A stretch of 64,000 nt of DNA, taken from NCBI GenBank assembly GCA_963762565.1, contig CAVXLD010000010.1, positions 384,001-448,000 on the forward strand. Reading direction: 5' to 3'. The notes beneath the pieces were generated by a model. That model did no database searches. It worked only from the letters and a program-made list of their open reading frames with translations, and had not been told where the DNA came from. Position numbers and translations under genes: made by a program. Below are positions 10,801-19,231 of this stretch, in pieces. How positions within the stretch are numbered: position 1 is the first letter of the stretch; every line of letters begins with the position of its first letter. Source of the stretch: an uncultured Verrucomicrobiae bacterium (GTDB lineage: Bacteria; Verrucomicrobiota; Verrucomicrobiia; Chthoniobacterales; JAFAMB01).

Positions 10801-12595
10801 TTCCGATCTGAAGCAATACGATAAAGCGGTTGACGATCACACCAAAGCAATCCGGCTCCAGCCCGATTACGCCGGCGCGTATGTCGGACGAGGCGATGCC
10901 TACGCTAGTTTAGGTCAATCCGAAAAAGCCATTGCCGACTATAGCGAAGCCACTCGACTCGAGCCCAATGATGCTAACGCCAAACTCAGTCGAGGAAACG
11001 CTTTCGCTAATCTGGAACAGTACGACAAAGCGATCGTTGACTTCAACGATGCCATCCGGCTCAAGCCCAATTACGCAGAGGCCTACGTGAACCGAGCAAT
11101 CGCTTACGATAGCTTAGAACAGTATGACAAAGCCGTGGCCGACTGTTCACAGGCGATTCAACTCAAGCCTGATCTGGCTGAAGCCTACTATTACCGAGCC
11201 AACGCTTTTGCCGATCAACGCCAATTTGACAAGGCTATCTCTGATTACTCTGAGGCATTGCATATCAAGCCTGATTTTGTCGCTGCCGATGTCGGCCGCG
11301 GAGACGCCTATGCCGACCTGAGAGAGTTTAATAAGGCGATCAGCGACTACACGGAGGCGCTTCGGCTTAAGCCTGATTCTGCAGAGATCTACGTCGGCCG
11401 GGGCATCGCTCATCTTAACTTAGGGGAATACGATAGCGCCGTCGCCGATTATACCGAAGCGATCAAACGCAAGCCGGAGCTTGCTGAAGCCTATCTTAGC
11501 CGAGGCATCGCTTACAACGACCTTAAGCAATACGACAAAGCAGTCGCTGACCAAACGGAAGCGATCCGGCTCCGGCCTGATTACGTGGCCGCTTATGTCA
11601 ACCGCAGCACCGCCTACGTCAATTTGAAGCAGAATGACAAAGCGATCGCCGATTGCACGGAGGCAATTCGGCGAAAAGCGGACGGCGTTGAAGCATACGT
11701 TAACCGCGGCATCGCTTATCTAGAGGAGAAGCAAGACGATAAAGCGATCGCCGATTTTTCCGATGCTATCCGCATTAAACCAGAGTACGCCGATGCCTAT
11801 TTCAACCGAGGTAATGCCGAAGCTGATCTCGGGCAGTCGAATCAGGCGATGGCAGACTACAATGAGGCTCTCCGGCTGAAGCCCGACTACGCCGAGGCTT
11901 ATCTTAAGCGCGGCATCTTGTACAGCGGTCTAAAGCAATACGATAAAGCCGTACTCGATTTCAGCTCTGCGATTGGAGTCAACACCAATTACGCCGACGC
12001 CTTCTTTAATCGGGGCCTAGCATACGACGGTCTAAAACGGTACGCCAAAGCGGTGGCCGACTATTCGGATGCGATCCGCATTCAAGCGGACTATGTGCAG
12101 GCTTACGTCAATCGAGGCACAGACTACGACAAGCTCAAAGAATGCGATCGATCGATTGCTTATTTTACCGAGGCGATAAAGTCACAACCTAATGACGCCA
12201 ATGCCTACAGCAGCCGCGGACAGGCCTATTACAGTTCAGAAGAATTCGAGAAAGCAGTCGCTGATTACACGGAGGCCATTCGACTGCAGCCTAATTCGAC
12301 TGAGATTGTCCAACTCCGCAACGAGGCTAATCAGGCATTGGGCCTAGGTCCGAAAACCGAAGCGGTAACGGCCCAAACCGGCAAGCCGACGCCGCCCAAA
12401 AAACAGGTGGTCACAAAGGGCGGGAAAAAAGGTGCGAATCCAGTGACGGCCACCTCGCCAGCCGCAACTCCATCTGCATCGGTGTCATTGGTGCAGCGAT
12501 GGTTTGTTGATCACCTACGTCGCCAGGCTCACGCCGACCTCTTCCCGTCACCGAGCCCTTCTTCGTCACCCAAGCCGAAACAAGCCAATAATTAA
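7850..12595 (+). CDS. Secreted giant tetratricopeptide-repeat protein (about 40 TPRs)
   Basis: Signal-peptide-like N-terminus, S/P/T/A linker, highly regular 34-aa repeats (AY.NRG.AY..LKQYDKAIADYTEAIRLKPDY) and an S/P-rich tail. Confidence 0.93.
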   Translation: MAFMQTTWIKLAIAIIAATLIYGHTGTITAATSTNTPGSKPSPASNTLAELTSSPSPAGLAPSASPTPASPEQLAQTLLDRAQSELQHGDYSSAMADFTGVIRLKPNSPEAFLGLGKAHDSLKQYTEAVADYTEAIRLKPGYAEAYRDRDKAYDEMKQYDKALASLTEVIRLKPDNSDAYRSRGYLYYSLEQYDKAIADFTAAIRLKADDMQAYGERGDSYINLKQYDKAIADFTEAIGIRKQLATASGPDKGKIAPEDADAFGGRGYAYYRLKQDDKAIADFTEAIRIKPDYVEAYVRRGNAYLNLKQYDKAIADQTKSIQIRPDFDEAYIGRGNAYTQQKQYDKAIADYTEAIRRKPDSAEAYVDRGFASNGLKNYDKATADFNAAIRLQADSARAYVGRGIAADNLQNSDKAISDFNEAIRLQPSDPDAFLYRGIAYNDQKQYDKAVADYSEAIRLKPDYAEAYANRGVARDRLNQEDTAIADFNEAIRLKPDYADAYSNRGNAYTSLKQYDNAIADFGQALVLQPGNASAYAGRGNAYAKTEHFDNAITDYTEALRLRPDDAETFASRADADSNLKQYDKAIADYSEALQRKPDYVDAYAGRGQAYNALSQYPRAVADYSAAIRGRPDLVDAYVNRGNAYVALKQYDKATTDFTEALRRKPDLNDALVDRGNTYVALKQYDKATADFDQATKTNPNSAGAHAGRGDTFAALRQYDKAIVDYTEAIRLKPDSAGVYVSRGDAYADLKQYDKAIADYSEAKRLEPDYAPADAGRGNAYANLGQYDKAIADYAETIRLRPDFAGAYAGRGNAYSKLEQYEKAIADYTDTIRLEPDFAQAYMNRGIAYADLKQYDKAIADYTDTIRLQPDAAQAYLNRGIAYADLNRIDNAITDYTAALRLKPDYAEAFVNRGNSYANSGKSDNAITDYTEALRLKPDYAEGYVNRGVSYMHLGQYDKAIADYTQAIKLNPNLAEAYVDQGDAYSDLKQYDKAVDDHTKAIRLQPDYAGAYVGRGDAYASLGQSEKAIADYSEATRLEPNDANAKLSRGNAFANLEQYDKAIVDFNDAIRLKPNYAEAYVNRAIAYDSLEQYDKAVADCSQAIQLKPDLAEAYYYRANAFADQRQFDKAISDYSEALHIKPDFVAADVGRGDAYADLREFNKAISDYTEALRLKPDSAEIYVGRGIAHLNLGEYDSAVADYTEAIKRKPELAEAYLSRGIAYNDLKQYDKAVADQTEAIRLRPDYVAAYVNRSTAYVNLKQNDKAIADCTEAIRRKADGVEAYVNRGIAYLEEKQDDKAIADFSDAIRIKPEYADAYFNRGNAEADLGQSNQAMADYNEALRLKPDYAEAYLKRGILYSGLKQYDKAVLDFSSAIGVNTNYADAFFNRGLAYDGLKRYAKAVADYSDAIRIQADYVQAYVNRGTDYDKLKECDRSIAYFTEAIKSQPNDANAYSSRGQAYYSSEEFEKAVADYTEAIRLQPNSTEIVQLRNEANQALGLGPKTEAVTAQTGKPTPPKKQVVTKGGKKGANPVTATSPAATPSASVSLVQRWFVDHLRRQAHADLFPSPSPSSSPKPKQANN

Positions 12596-12622
12596 CGCTC
12601 AGGCCTGGGACGCCAGCGCGGG

Positions 12623-12911
12623 TAAGTAAGCAGTAAGCAGTAAGCAGTGAGCAGTGAGCAGTTGAGGAGCCAGGAGGTGCTGCGTCCAACCCGCGCCGAG
12701 GGGAAGACGCGCTTTCGTAGGTAATCAGCTTTAAGTGCGCCGGTGCTGAATTGGCTCAATTTTGAGAATCAGATCTTCCCGTCACTGATAACTGGTTATT
12801 GACTCCCGCAAAGCCGGCCGTTCTGGCACAGTCTCGAATAACCCCGACGTCCTGGCTCCTCAACTGCTTACTGCTTACTGCTTACCGCTTACCGCTTACC
12901 GCTTACTGCTT
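12623..12911. repeat. Fold-back element with inverted heptamer arms (AAGCAGT)n ... (ACYGCTT)n
   Basis: Left arm ends TGAGGAGCCAGGA (12675). Right arm starts TCCTGGCTCCTCAACTGCT (12850), its reverse complement. About 175 bp core. Confidence 0.9.
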
Positions 12912-12918
12912 CCCCTCC

Positions 12919-14946
12919 CTAATGCGACGCCCGATCGCCTTTCTTCAGCCGAATAACTTCAGTGTAGTCGGTGGCGGCTTTGTCGTGCTGTCCAAGCGCA
13001 TCGTAAGCTAGTGCCCGATTGTAGTAAGCCTCGGCGAAATCGGTTTTCTGCCGGATCGCTTCACTCAAATCCGCGATCGCTTTGCCGTACTGTTTAAGCG
13101 CATTGTAGACTTGTCCGCGGCCATTGTAAGCATCGGCGAAAGCGGATTTCAAACGGATGACCTCGGTGTAGTCTGCGATGCTTTTGTCATAACGTTTGAG
13201 GGCGGCATTCGCAGCTGCCCGGTTATAAAAGGCCTCAACGTAATCCGGCTTTAACCGAATCGCTTCGCTGAAGCTCGCGGCAGCCTTATCATATTGCAGC
13301 AGAGCAATGTAACCTAATCCCCGGTCGTAGTAGGCTTCGGCGGATGCTGGCATTAACCGAGCCGCTTCGCTGTAGTCTGCGAGCGCCTCATCGTGACGCT
13401 CTAGGGCATCATAAGCTACCGCCCGGTCGAAGTAGCCTAGAGCGAAGCTAGGCGCCAGCCGAATAGCCTGCGTATAATCAACCACCGCGTTGTCATATTG
13501 GCCAAGTGCAGCATAGGTATTTCCCCGGCCATCATAGGCTTCAGCGAAATCCGGCTTGTTTTGCAGGGCGCTATTGTAATCCAGCAGGGCTTCCGCGGGC
13601 TGATTGATTGCGTCATGAATGTAGCCTCGATTGGCGTAAGCTTCTGCGAAGTCGGGCCTTAGCCGGATCGCTTCGCTGTAGTCTGTGACCGCAAAGTTGT
13701 ACTGTTTAAGCGCTCGATACGCATTGCCTCGGTTGTTGTAGGCTTCAGCGCTTGGGTGCAAGAAAATCGTCTGATTGTAGTCCGCGATGGCTTCATTGAA
13801 ATGTCGCACCGCGTAGCTGGCATTCCCGCGCTCGAAGTAAGCATTCCAAAAATTTACATTAATAAGAATGACGCTGTTACAGTCCGCCATATCTTCGTCG
13901 TACTTTTTCAGAGCGCCATAGTTCCAGGCACGGTTAAAATAAGCCTCAACTAAATCCGCTTTGAAGTGGACCGCCTCACTGTAGTCCGCGATCGCCTGTT
14001 CATGCTGGTTTAAAGCGGTATACACATTGCCGCGGTCGTTATAAGCTTCGGCGAAATCCGGTTTCAGTCGGATAGCCTCGCTAAAATCCTCTAGCGCCTG
14101 AGTGTATTGTCGGAGGGCTAAATAGACGATACCCCGGTCGTTATAAACCAAGGCGTCGTTTGGTTTGAGACGAATGGCTTGCGTGTACTCGGTAATGGCA
14201 TCTTGGTAGCGTTGCTCGCTGGCCGCATCCCACCCTCGACCAAAGGCCTCATCAAAGGTCGTCGCTTGCGACGATGTATCAGCCGACGTGGCGCTGGCGC
14301 TCGGTTGAGGGCTGGCGCTCGGTTGGCGGCTGGCACTCGGTTGGGGGCTGGCACTCGGTTGGGGGCTGGCACTCGGTTGGGGGCTGGCACTCGGTTGGGG
14401 GCTGGCGCTCGCTTGAGGACTGGCGCTCGCTTGGGGGCTGGCACTCGGTTGGGGGCTGGCGCTCCCCTGAGGGCTGGCGCTCCGCTGAGGGCTGGCGCTC
14501 GCTTGAGGGCTGGCGCTCGCTTGGGGGCTGGCACTCGGTTGGGGGCTGGCGCTCCCCTGAGGGCTGGCGCTCCGCTGAGGGCTGGCGCTCGCTTGAGGAC
14601 TGGCGCTCGCTTGGGGGCTGGCACTCGGTTGGGGGCTGGCGCTCGCTTGAGGGCTGGCACTCGGTTGGGGGCTGGGCCTTGAACCCAACAGATCGTTAAT
14701 CGCTTTAATATCTGAAGCGCTCGGACTGACCGGGGTAGGCTCCGGACTCGCCGAAGAACCGGTGTTATCGGCGGCTGGACCCGGCTTCCAATCGAGGCTT
14801 TGAGCCATCAGTCCGGTCGGGAGCGAAGAAAGAATCAGCAGCAACGCGAACCGGGCAAGAGGTCGCGCCCAGAGTGACAGCGCCTCAGCGGTGGGCATGG
14901 TTGCAAGTACTGAAGGCACCTCCTGGCGAGGCAGTTTGCTCTGCAT
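12919..14946 (-). CDS. Secreted TPR protein (about 13 TPRs) with a SASPQx repeat stalk
   Basis: Hydrophobic signal-like segment, about 21 SASPQx units, then 34-aa TPRs similar to those of the neighbouring gene. Start uncertain. Confidence 0.9.
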   Translation of the reverse strand: MQSKLPRQEVPSVLATMPTAEALSLWARPLARFALLLILSSLPTGLMAQSLDWKPGPAADNTGSSASPEPTPVSPSASDIKAINDLLGSRPSPQPSASPQASASPQPSASPQASASPQASASPQRSASPQGSASPQPSASPQASASPQASASPQRSASPQGSASPQPSASPQASASPQASASPQPSASPQPSASPQPSASPQPSASRQPSASPQPSASATSADTSSQATTFDEAFGRGWDAASEQRYQDAITEYTQAIRLKPNDALVYNDRGIVYLALRQYTQALEDFSEAIRLKPDFAEAYNDRGNVYTALNQHEQAIADYSEAVHFKADLVEAYFNRAWNYGALKKYDEDMADCNSVILINVNFWNAYFERGNASYAVRHFNEAIADYNQTIFLHPSAEAYNNRGNAYRALKQYNFAVTDYSEAIRLRPDFAEAYANRGYIHDAINQPAEALLDYNSALQNKPDFAEAYDGRGNTYAALGQYDNAVVDYTQAIRLAPSFALGYFDRAVAYDALERHDEALADYSEAARLMPASAEAYYDRGLGYIALLQYDKAAASFSEAIRLKPDYVEAFYNRAAANAALKRYDKSIADYTEVIRLKSAFADAYNGRGQVYNALKQYGKAIADLSEAIRQKTDFAEAYYNRALAYDALGQHDKAATDYTEVIRLKKGDRASH
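14292..14676 (-). repeat. Coding 18-bp tandem repeat (about 21 copies)
   Basis: GGCTGGCRCTCGSTTGRG-type units encoding SASPQ[P/A/R/G]. Confidence 0.95.
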
Positions 14947-15063
14947 TTAAACCTATCGCTTCTGTACGCTTTGTATCAGAAAAGCCGTGTGGTGCAATCG
15001 CTAAGCTGGGCTTGGTGCGTCGGCGCTTCGGGCGCTTCGTTCTCGGATTAAGTGGAGGCCCAC

Positions 15064-15203
15064 CGCCCGGGAGGGCGCGCGTCCCCGCGCGCCGCGAGGA
15101 CGTGCCACAACCCAAACGTGTATTTCGTACGCGACCACAACACGTCCTCGGCTTCGGTCACAATCCCGCGGCCGCGGGACGAGGACGCGATCCCTCCCGG
15201 GCG
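15064..15203. repeat. REP-like doublet, family R3
   Basis: GGGAGGGCGCGCGTCCCCGCGCGCCGCGA ... GGACGAGGACGCGATCCCTCCC; related arms at 19101, 51760 and 54343. Confidence 0.85.
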
Positions 15204-15321
15204 ATGGGTCCGCCGCAATGACTCGAACTCTTTCACCAACATATTACCGCCAAATAAGATACGTTGTATAAATAAGTTATTATCTATTGATAACTCAATA
15301 TTATACTGTTATCAAGGTCGC

Positions 15322-17598
15322 ATGCGGCGCCTCCCACTCGCCGGTCTATTCCTCGCCGCTTGTGTTGGCGTCGAGACCGCTGAGGTCTGCTCCCTTCCAG
15401 TTCCTTACTGGGCCATCGCCTTTGGATCATTTGCCAGCGCGGTACTGATCTGGAAACGAACCGCCCTCGCCTTATGCGCCGCTCTGCTTTTCTTTGGGTT
15501 TTGGCATTCGTTCCGCAAAGTGTCAGACCAAGGCTATCAGCTGATCAACCAGCCCGATGTCGCCAAGCAGGTCCACCAAATCACACTGGAAGCACACAGT
15601 GATGCTAAGCCGTTTCACTGGGGCAACCAAATGAAGCAGCGGTTGATCGCGAAAGTCGCAAGCGTGGACGGCTATCCGATGGACTTTCGAGTTGAGGCCG
15701 AGTTGTGCGGGCAGCCCATTCATTATGGCGACTACTGCCGAGTACTAGGACGCCTGGAAGCACCGCAACGCGCCCTGAACGCCGGCGAGTTTGACGAACG
15801 GATCTACCTGCAACACGAAGGCATTTTCGTGGTCTTGGACTCAGCCAGCGCCCATGACACAAGCATTATCCATCACGGCTGGGGAAACCCGATTTTAGCA
15901 GTCGCATTGACCTGCAGAAAAGCAATCCAGGACATACCAACCCGATCTTTGGAGAACGATCGTCCGATTAAAGCGCTCATCGAAGGGGTGACCTTCGGCG
16001 ACCGGTCCGATTTTGATCCCGATCTGCTCGACCTCCTGCAAGATACCGGCACACTGCATCTCTTTGTGATCGACGGTCTTAAAGTCACCCTGCTGGCAGG
16101 GATCTCTTGGATGGCCGTGCGCTTCTTTTGTTTACCGCGACGATGGATTGCCGGCGCAGTCATTCCGCTCCTGGTGCTCTATTGCGCCGCCACCGGGCTA
16201 TCGGCGGCAGGGCTACGCGCCACCCTGATGGCCTTGTTCGTACTGATCGGGGTCTCTCTGGAAAGACCTGTTTTGCAGCTCAATGCAATGTCGGGAGCAG
16301 GGTTCATTCTCCTGCTCTGTAATCCGGAAGAACTTTTCCAACTCGGGTTTCAACTGTCGTTCACCATTGTGGCTTTCATCGTGATCGGTGCTCGTCCCCT
16401 AACCTCCTGGCTATTTCATCCTTTCGGACCAGACCCGTGGATTCCGAACCAACTCATTTCTCCTGCGCGCAGACTTTGGCATAGGCTGATTCACAGGTCC
16501 GCCGAACTCCTGGCAGTATGTACAATCTGTTGGGGCTCCTCGCTCCCGTTCTCGATTTGGTATTTCCATCGGGTCTCATTCAGCAATGTCGTTGCGAATT
16601 TCTTAGCTGTTCCTGTCGGGACGTGGATTCTCTTCACCGCTTTGCTCTCAATTCTGATTTCTCCGATGGCGGGTTGGGCCAGCATTTACCTGAACAATAC
16701 TAATTGGCTGTTGGCCCACGCGTTTCTCGTGATCGTGAAAGCCAGCGCCACCTTTCCCGGTCAAGCCATGAATGTCGGATGTTTGCCCTGGTCAAACGCA
16801 GCGAAAATTGTGGTGCTTGCTTCGGGACGCTCGGAAACTTTATATTTTCGCCAGGGCTCGAGCTCCGCCTTAGTGAACCCAGGTAGCGCGTCGAAGTATC
16901 GCCGGATTACGGAACCATTTTTGCGCAGTGAAGGGGTAAACCGGTTATCGTTTCTAACCTGGACAAGATCAGATCAAGATCATGCCGGGTCCGCGCCAGA
17001 GGTGGTAAAACACTTCAAGATCGCAGGAACATCAGCTGAAAGTCTGTCGCACCGTAGTCCCGCGGCCGCAGGAAAGGCGGACTTGTCGCGCCGTAGCGTA
17101 GCGGAGGCGGACCCGTCGCGCCGTAGCGAAGCGAAGGCGGATGCCGCTTCCCCGGCCAATGGCTTAACTAAGACCGCTATAAATCGCATGCCGCTCCAAG
17201 AGGAAGAGATCAATTTAAACGACGAGACGGCATGGAAAGATATAGGGCCTGCTCAACCGCTCAATCCGGTTCTGGACTGCCAAATCGGATCCTTCGAAGT
17301 GTTTCTACTCAACCTGAATCATCAACAGATCGAGAGGCTACCTAGCCGGATCGTTGATGTTGTGGTGGTGCCCAGCCAACGCCAATGCTCTGCTCCGGAG
17401 TTGATCCGCAAATTTCATCCGCAAGCCATTCTCTACCTGCAAGGAAAACCAGCCGGCAGCCAAACCTCAGCTAAGCCCGTTATCCCTGTATGGTTCTCAG
17501 GAGACAAAGGAGCTGTGACCATGTCCTTGTCCAACAAGGACTTGGAATTGAGCGGCTACCTTGGCGATCGATTAGTCTTGCGAAGCCGCAACCGATAG
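15322..17598 (+). CDS. comEC: ComEC/Rec2 family competence membrane protein
   Basis: OB-like region (N.GEFD...YL), GTLHLFVIDGLKV (H..ISG.H-like), LRATLMA, GFQLSF and ANFLAVP motifs; degenerate MBL-like C-terminus. ATG 15322 chosen because the upstream ORF extension is repeat and promoter sequence. Confidence 0.88.
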   Translation: MRRLPLAGLFLAACVGVETAEVCSLPVPYWAIAFGSFASAVLIWKRTALALCAALLFFGFWHSFRKVSDQGYQLINQPDVAKQVHQITLEAHSDAKPFHWGNQMKQRLIAKVASVDGYPMDFRVEAELCGQPIHYGDYCRVLGRLEAPQRALNAGEFDERIYLQHEGIFVVLDSASAHDTSIIHHGWGNPILAVALTCRKAIQDIPTRSLENDRPIKALIEGVTFGDRSDFDPDLLDLLQDTGTLHLFVIDGLKVTLLAGISWMAVRFFCLPRRWIAGAVIPLLVLYCAATGLSAAGLRATLMALFVLIGVSLERPVLQLNAMSGAGFILLLCNPEELFQLGFQLSFTIVAFIVIGARPLTSWLFHPFGPDPWIPNQLISPARRLWHRLIHRSAELLAVCTICWGSSLPFSIWYFHRVSFSNVVANFLAVPVGTWILFTALLSILISPMAGWASIYLNNTNWLLAHAFLVIVKASATFPGQAMNVGCLPWSNAAKIVVLASGRSETLYFRQGSSSALVNPGSASKYRRITEPFLRSEGVNRLSFLTWTRSDQDHAGSAPEVVKHFKIAGTSAESLSHRSPAAAGKADLSRRSVAEADPSRRSEAKADAASPANGLTKTAINRMPLQEEEINLNDETAWKDIGPAQPLNPVLDCQIGSFEVFLLNLNHQQIERLPSRIVDVVVVPSQRQCSAPELIRKFHPQAILYLQGKPAGSQTSAKPVIPVWFSGDKGAVTMSLSNKDLELSGYLGDRLVLRSRNR

Positions 17599-18191
17599 AT
17601 CGGGAGGTTCTCAGCGGCAAACGTCTCGTCGAAGTCTGTATCGGGATACTCACACTCCCAGGGCGCTTCGTGAAAGGTGGAGCTGACTCCGGCTAAAATT
17701 TTCTCGATCCAGCGAAAGTAATCGGCATGATCCGTTTTGATCCAGAGCTCCCCGGACGATTCTAAGGCAACCGCTATCGCTCCGAAGAATTCTTCATCCA
17801 CTAACCGGCGAGAATGGTGTCTTCGTTTCGGCCACGGATCCGGGAATGACAAATGGAACCGTGAGACCGACCCCGGTGGCAACAGATACTTAACGGCATA
17901 GTCGATCTCGACCCGCAATACTCGCACATTACCTAAGCTCAGCTGGCAGGCCTTTCGCCGCGTCTTGCGCACACGTCCAAGCAATCTCTCAATGCCCAAA
18001 AAATTTCTTTTGGGAAAACGTTGCCCAGCCTCCACGAGAAACTTGCCTGACCCGGATCCAAGATCGATTTCGAGCGGGCGATCGTTCCCATAGATCTCGC
18101 CTATTAGAAGCGGCCGGCGGAGATCCGCTGGAAATACTTCGTAGTGTTGTTCTTCAAGCGCCGCCGGCGACACCTCTCCCGCTAAACTCAT
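17556..18191 (-). CDS. trmB: tRNA (guanine-N7)-methyltransferase
   Basis: EIDLGSGSGKF, NFLGIE, FPDPWPKRRHHSRRL and KTDH..YF motifs. Overlaps the comEC 3' end by 43 bp. Confidence 0.95.
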   Translation of the reverse strand: MSLAGEVSPAALEEQHYEVFPADLRRPLLIGEIYGNDRPLEIDLGSGSGKFLVEAGQRFPKRNFLGIERLLGRVRKTRRKACQLSLGNVRVLRVEIDYAVKYLLPPGSVSRFHLSFPDPWPKRRHHSRRLVDEEFFGAIAVALESSGELWIKTDHADYFRWIEKILAGVSSTFHEAPWECEYPDTDFDETFAAENLPIYRLRLRKTNRSPR

Positions 18192-18208
18192 AAACTAGTA
18201 TTTCCGAG

Positions 18209-19021
18209 CTACGATCCGACGAACGGATTATGCCGGCGCTCTTCCCCAACCGTCGTCATCGGCCCATGCCCAGGGCAGACGACAGTGTCAACGGGAAGCG
18301 TCATTAGTTTCTCCCGGTTATTCTTAAGTGCGAGTGAATAGGCATTGGCAGCTCCTCCCATCGAGCCGGCAAAGAGCGAGTCGCCAACGACTGCTACCGG
18401 AACGCGTAGCCCTTCGATAATGTAGGATGTTCCCCCAGACGAATGACCATTAGTTAGCTTGGCCTCAACTTTCAGGTCGCCGATCTCGAAACGGTCTCCC
18501 TCTTTTACCGCGGTCGCTCCCAAGACGGGTTCCAGGGACGGTCCAAACACCCGAGCGCCCGTTTTTACCGCGATTTCTTTTAGAGCAGCTACGTGATCCT
18601 CGTGGGTGTGAGTGATAAAAATGGATTCTATTTTTAGGTTTTGGCGGTCCCGGATGGTGACCAGCGTCGTTGGCTCTATCCCGGCATCAAACAGCGCACA
18701 GCGGTTCGAAGAAGGGTCCCAAACCAGGTACGTATTTACCGTCGTTCCGAGCAGATCGGTATTCACCTGTTCAAGACCGTCCAGATTGACTGTTTCGGGC
18801 TCCCAACTCCGTTGAAATGATTCCCAGAGTGGTAGCTGCTTCAGCTCCAGCGCTTGAGCCAAAGCGCCGACCTCGTCTTGAGTTCCGGATCCGCTCCTCA
18901 AGCGATTCAAAGTTGATGACGCAAACTTTGCTTTGGCTGCTACTTCCTCATCGGAAAGTTTCAGTCCGCGTTGAGCTTTGCCGATAATGTCCTCAAATAA
19001 GTCTTCCAGCGGGATCTTCAT
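18209..19021 (-). CDS. MBL-fold metallo-hydrolase with N-terminal HTH-like segment
   Basis: THTHEDH, GHSSGG, GDSLFAGSMG, PGHGP and E...NPF motifs. Confidence 0.9.
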   Translation of the reverse strand: MKIPLEDLFEDIIGKAQRGLKLSDEEVAAKAKFASSTLNRLRSGSGTQDEVGALAQALELKQLPLWESFQRSWEPETVNLDGLEQVNTDLLGTTVNTYLVWDPSSNRCALFDAGIEPTTLVTIRDRQNLKIESIFITHTHEDHVAALKEIAVKTGARVFGPSLEPVLGATAVKEGDRFEIGDLKVEAKLTNGHSSGGTSYIIEGLRVPVAVVGDSLFAGSMGGAANAYSLALKNNREKLMTLPVDTVVCPGHGPMTTVGEERRHNPFVGS

Positions 19022-19100
19022 GATCTGCCGCTATAGTAATTGCATTGGTGGGGGCCGCAACCGGCGGAGTGGATTTGTGGCGCGCGCGCGTTCCGTGATC

Positions 19101-19227
19101 GGGAGGGCGCGCGTCCCCGCGCGCCGCGAACAGCGTGCTCCATGTTGCAGAGCTGAACGCTCGATCGGGTCTATCCTGAGCTCCGGAAACGATCCGGCGG
19201 CTGCCGGACGAGGACGCGATCCCTCCC
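19101..19227. repeat. REP-like doublet, family R3
   Basis: Arms near-identical to those of the 15069-15198 copy. Confidence 0.85.
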
Positions 19228-19231
19228 CCAC

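Noticed and set aside
14118..14699. Alternative-frame repeat ORFs (GWRS, RAPA, GARL repeats)
   Set aside because: Shadows of the stop-free 18-bp repeat within the TPR gene.
7850..14946. Diversity-generating retroelement target/template pair in the TPR genes
   Set aside because: No reverse transcriptase, and no near-identical pair differing only at adenines was seen.
15052..15321. Long N-terminal extensions in the ORF track (comEC; also pal 26277, sigma 27245, xseB 29582, hemB 42147, antitoxin 53010)
   Set aside because: They run through repeats, promoters or the upstream gene; downstream ATGs match the family N-termini.
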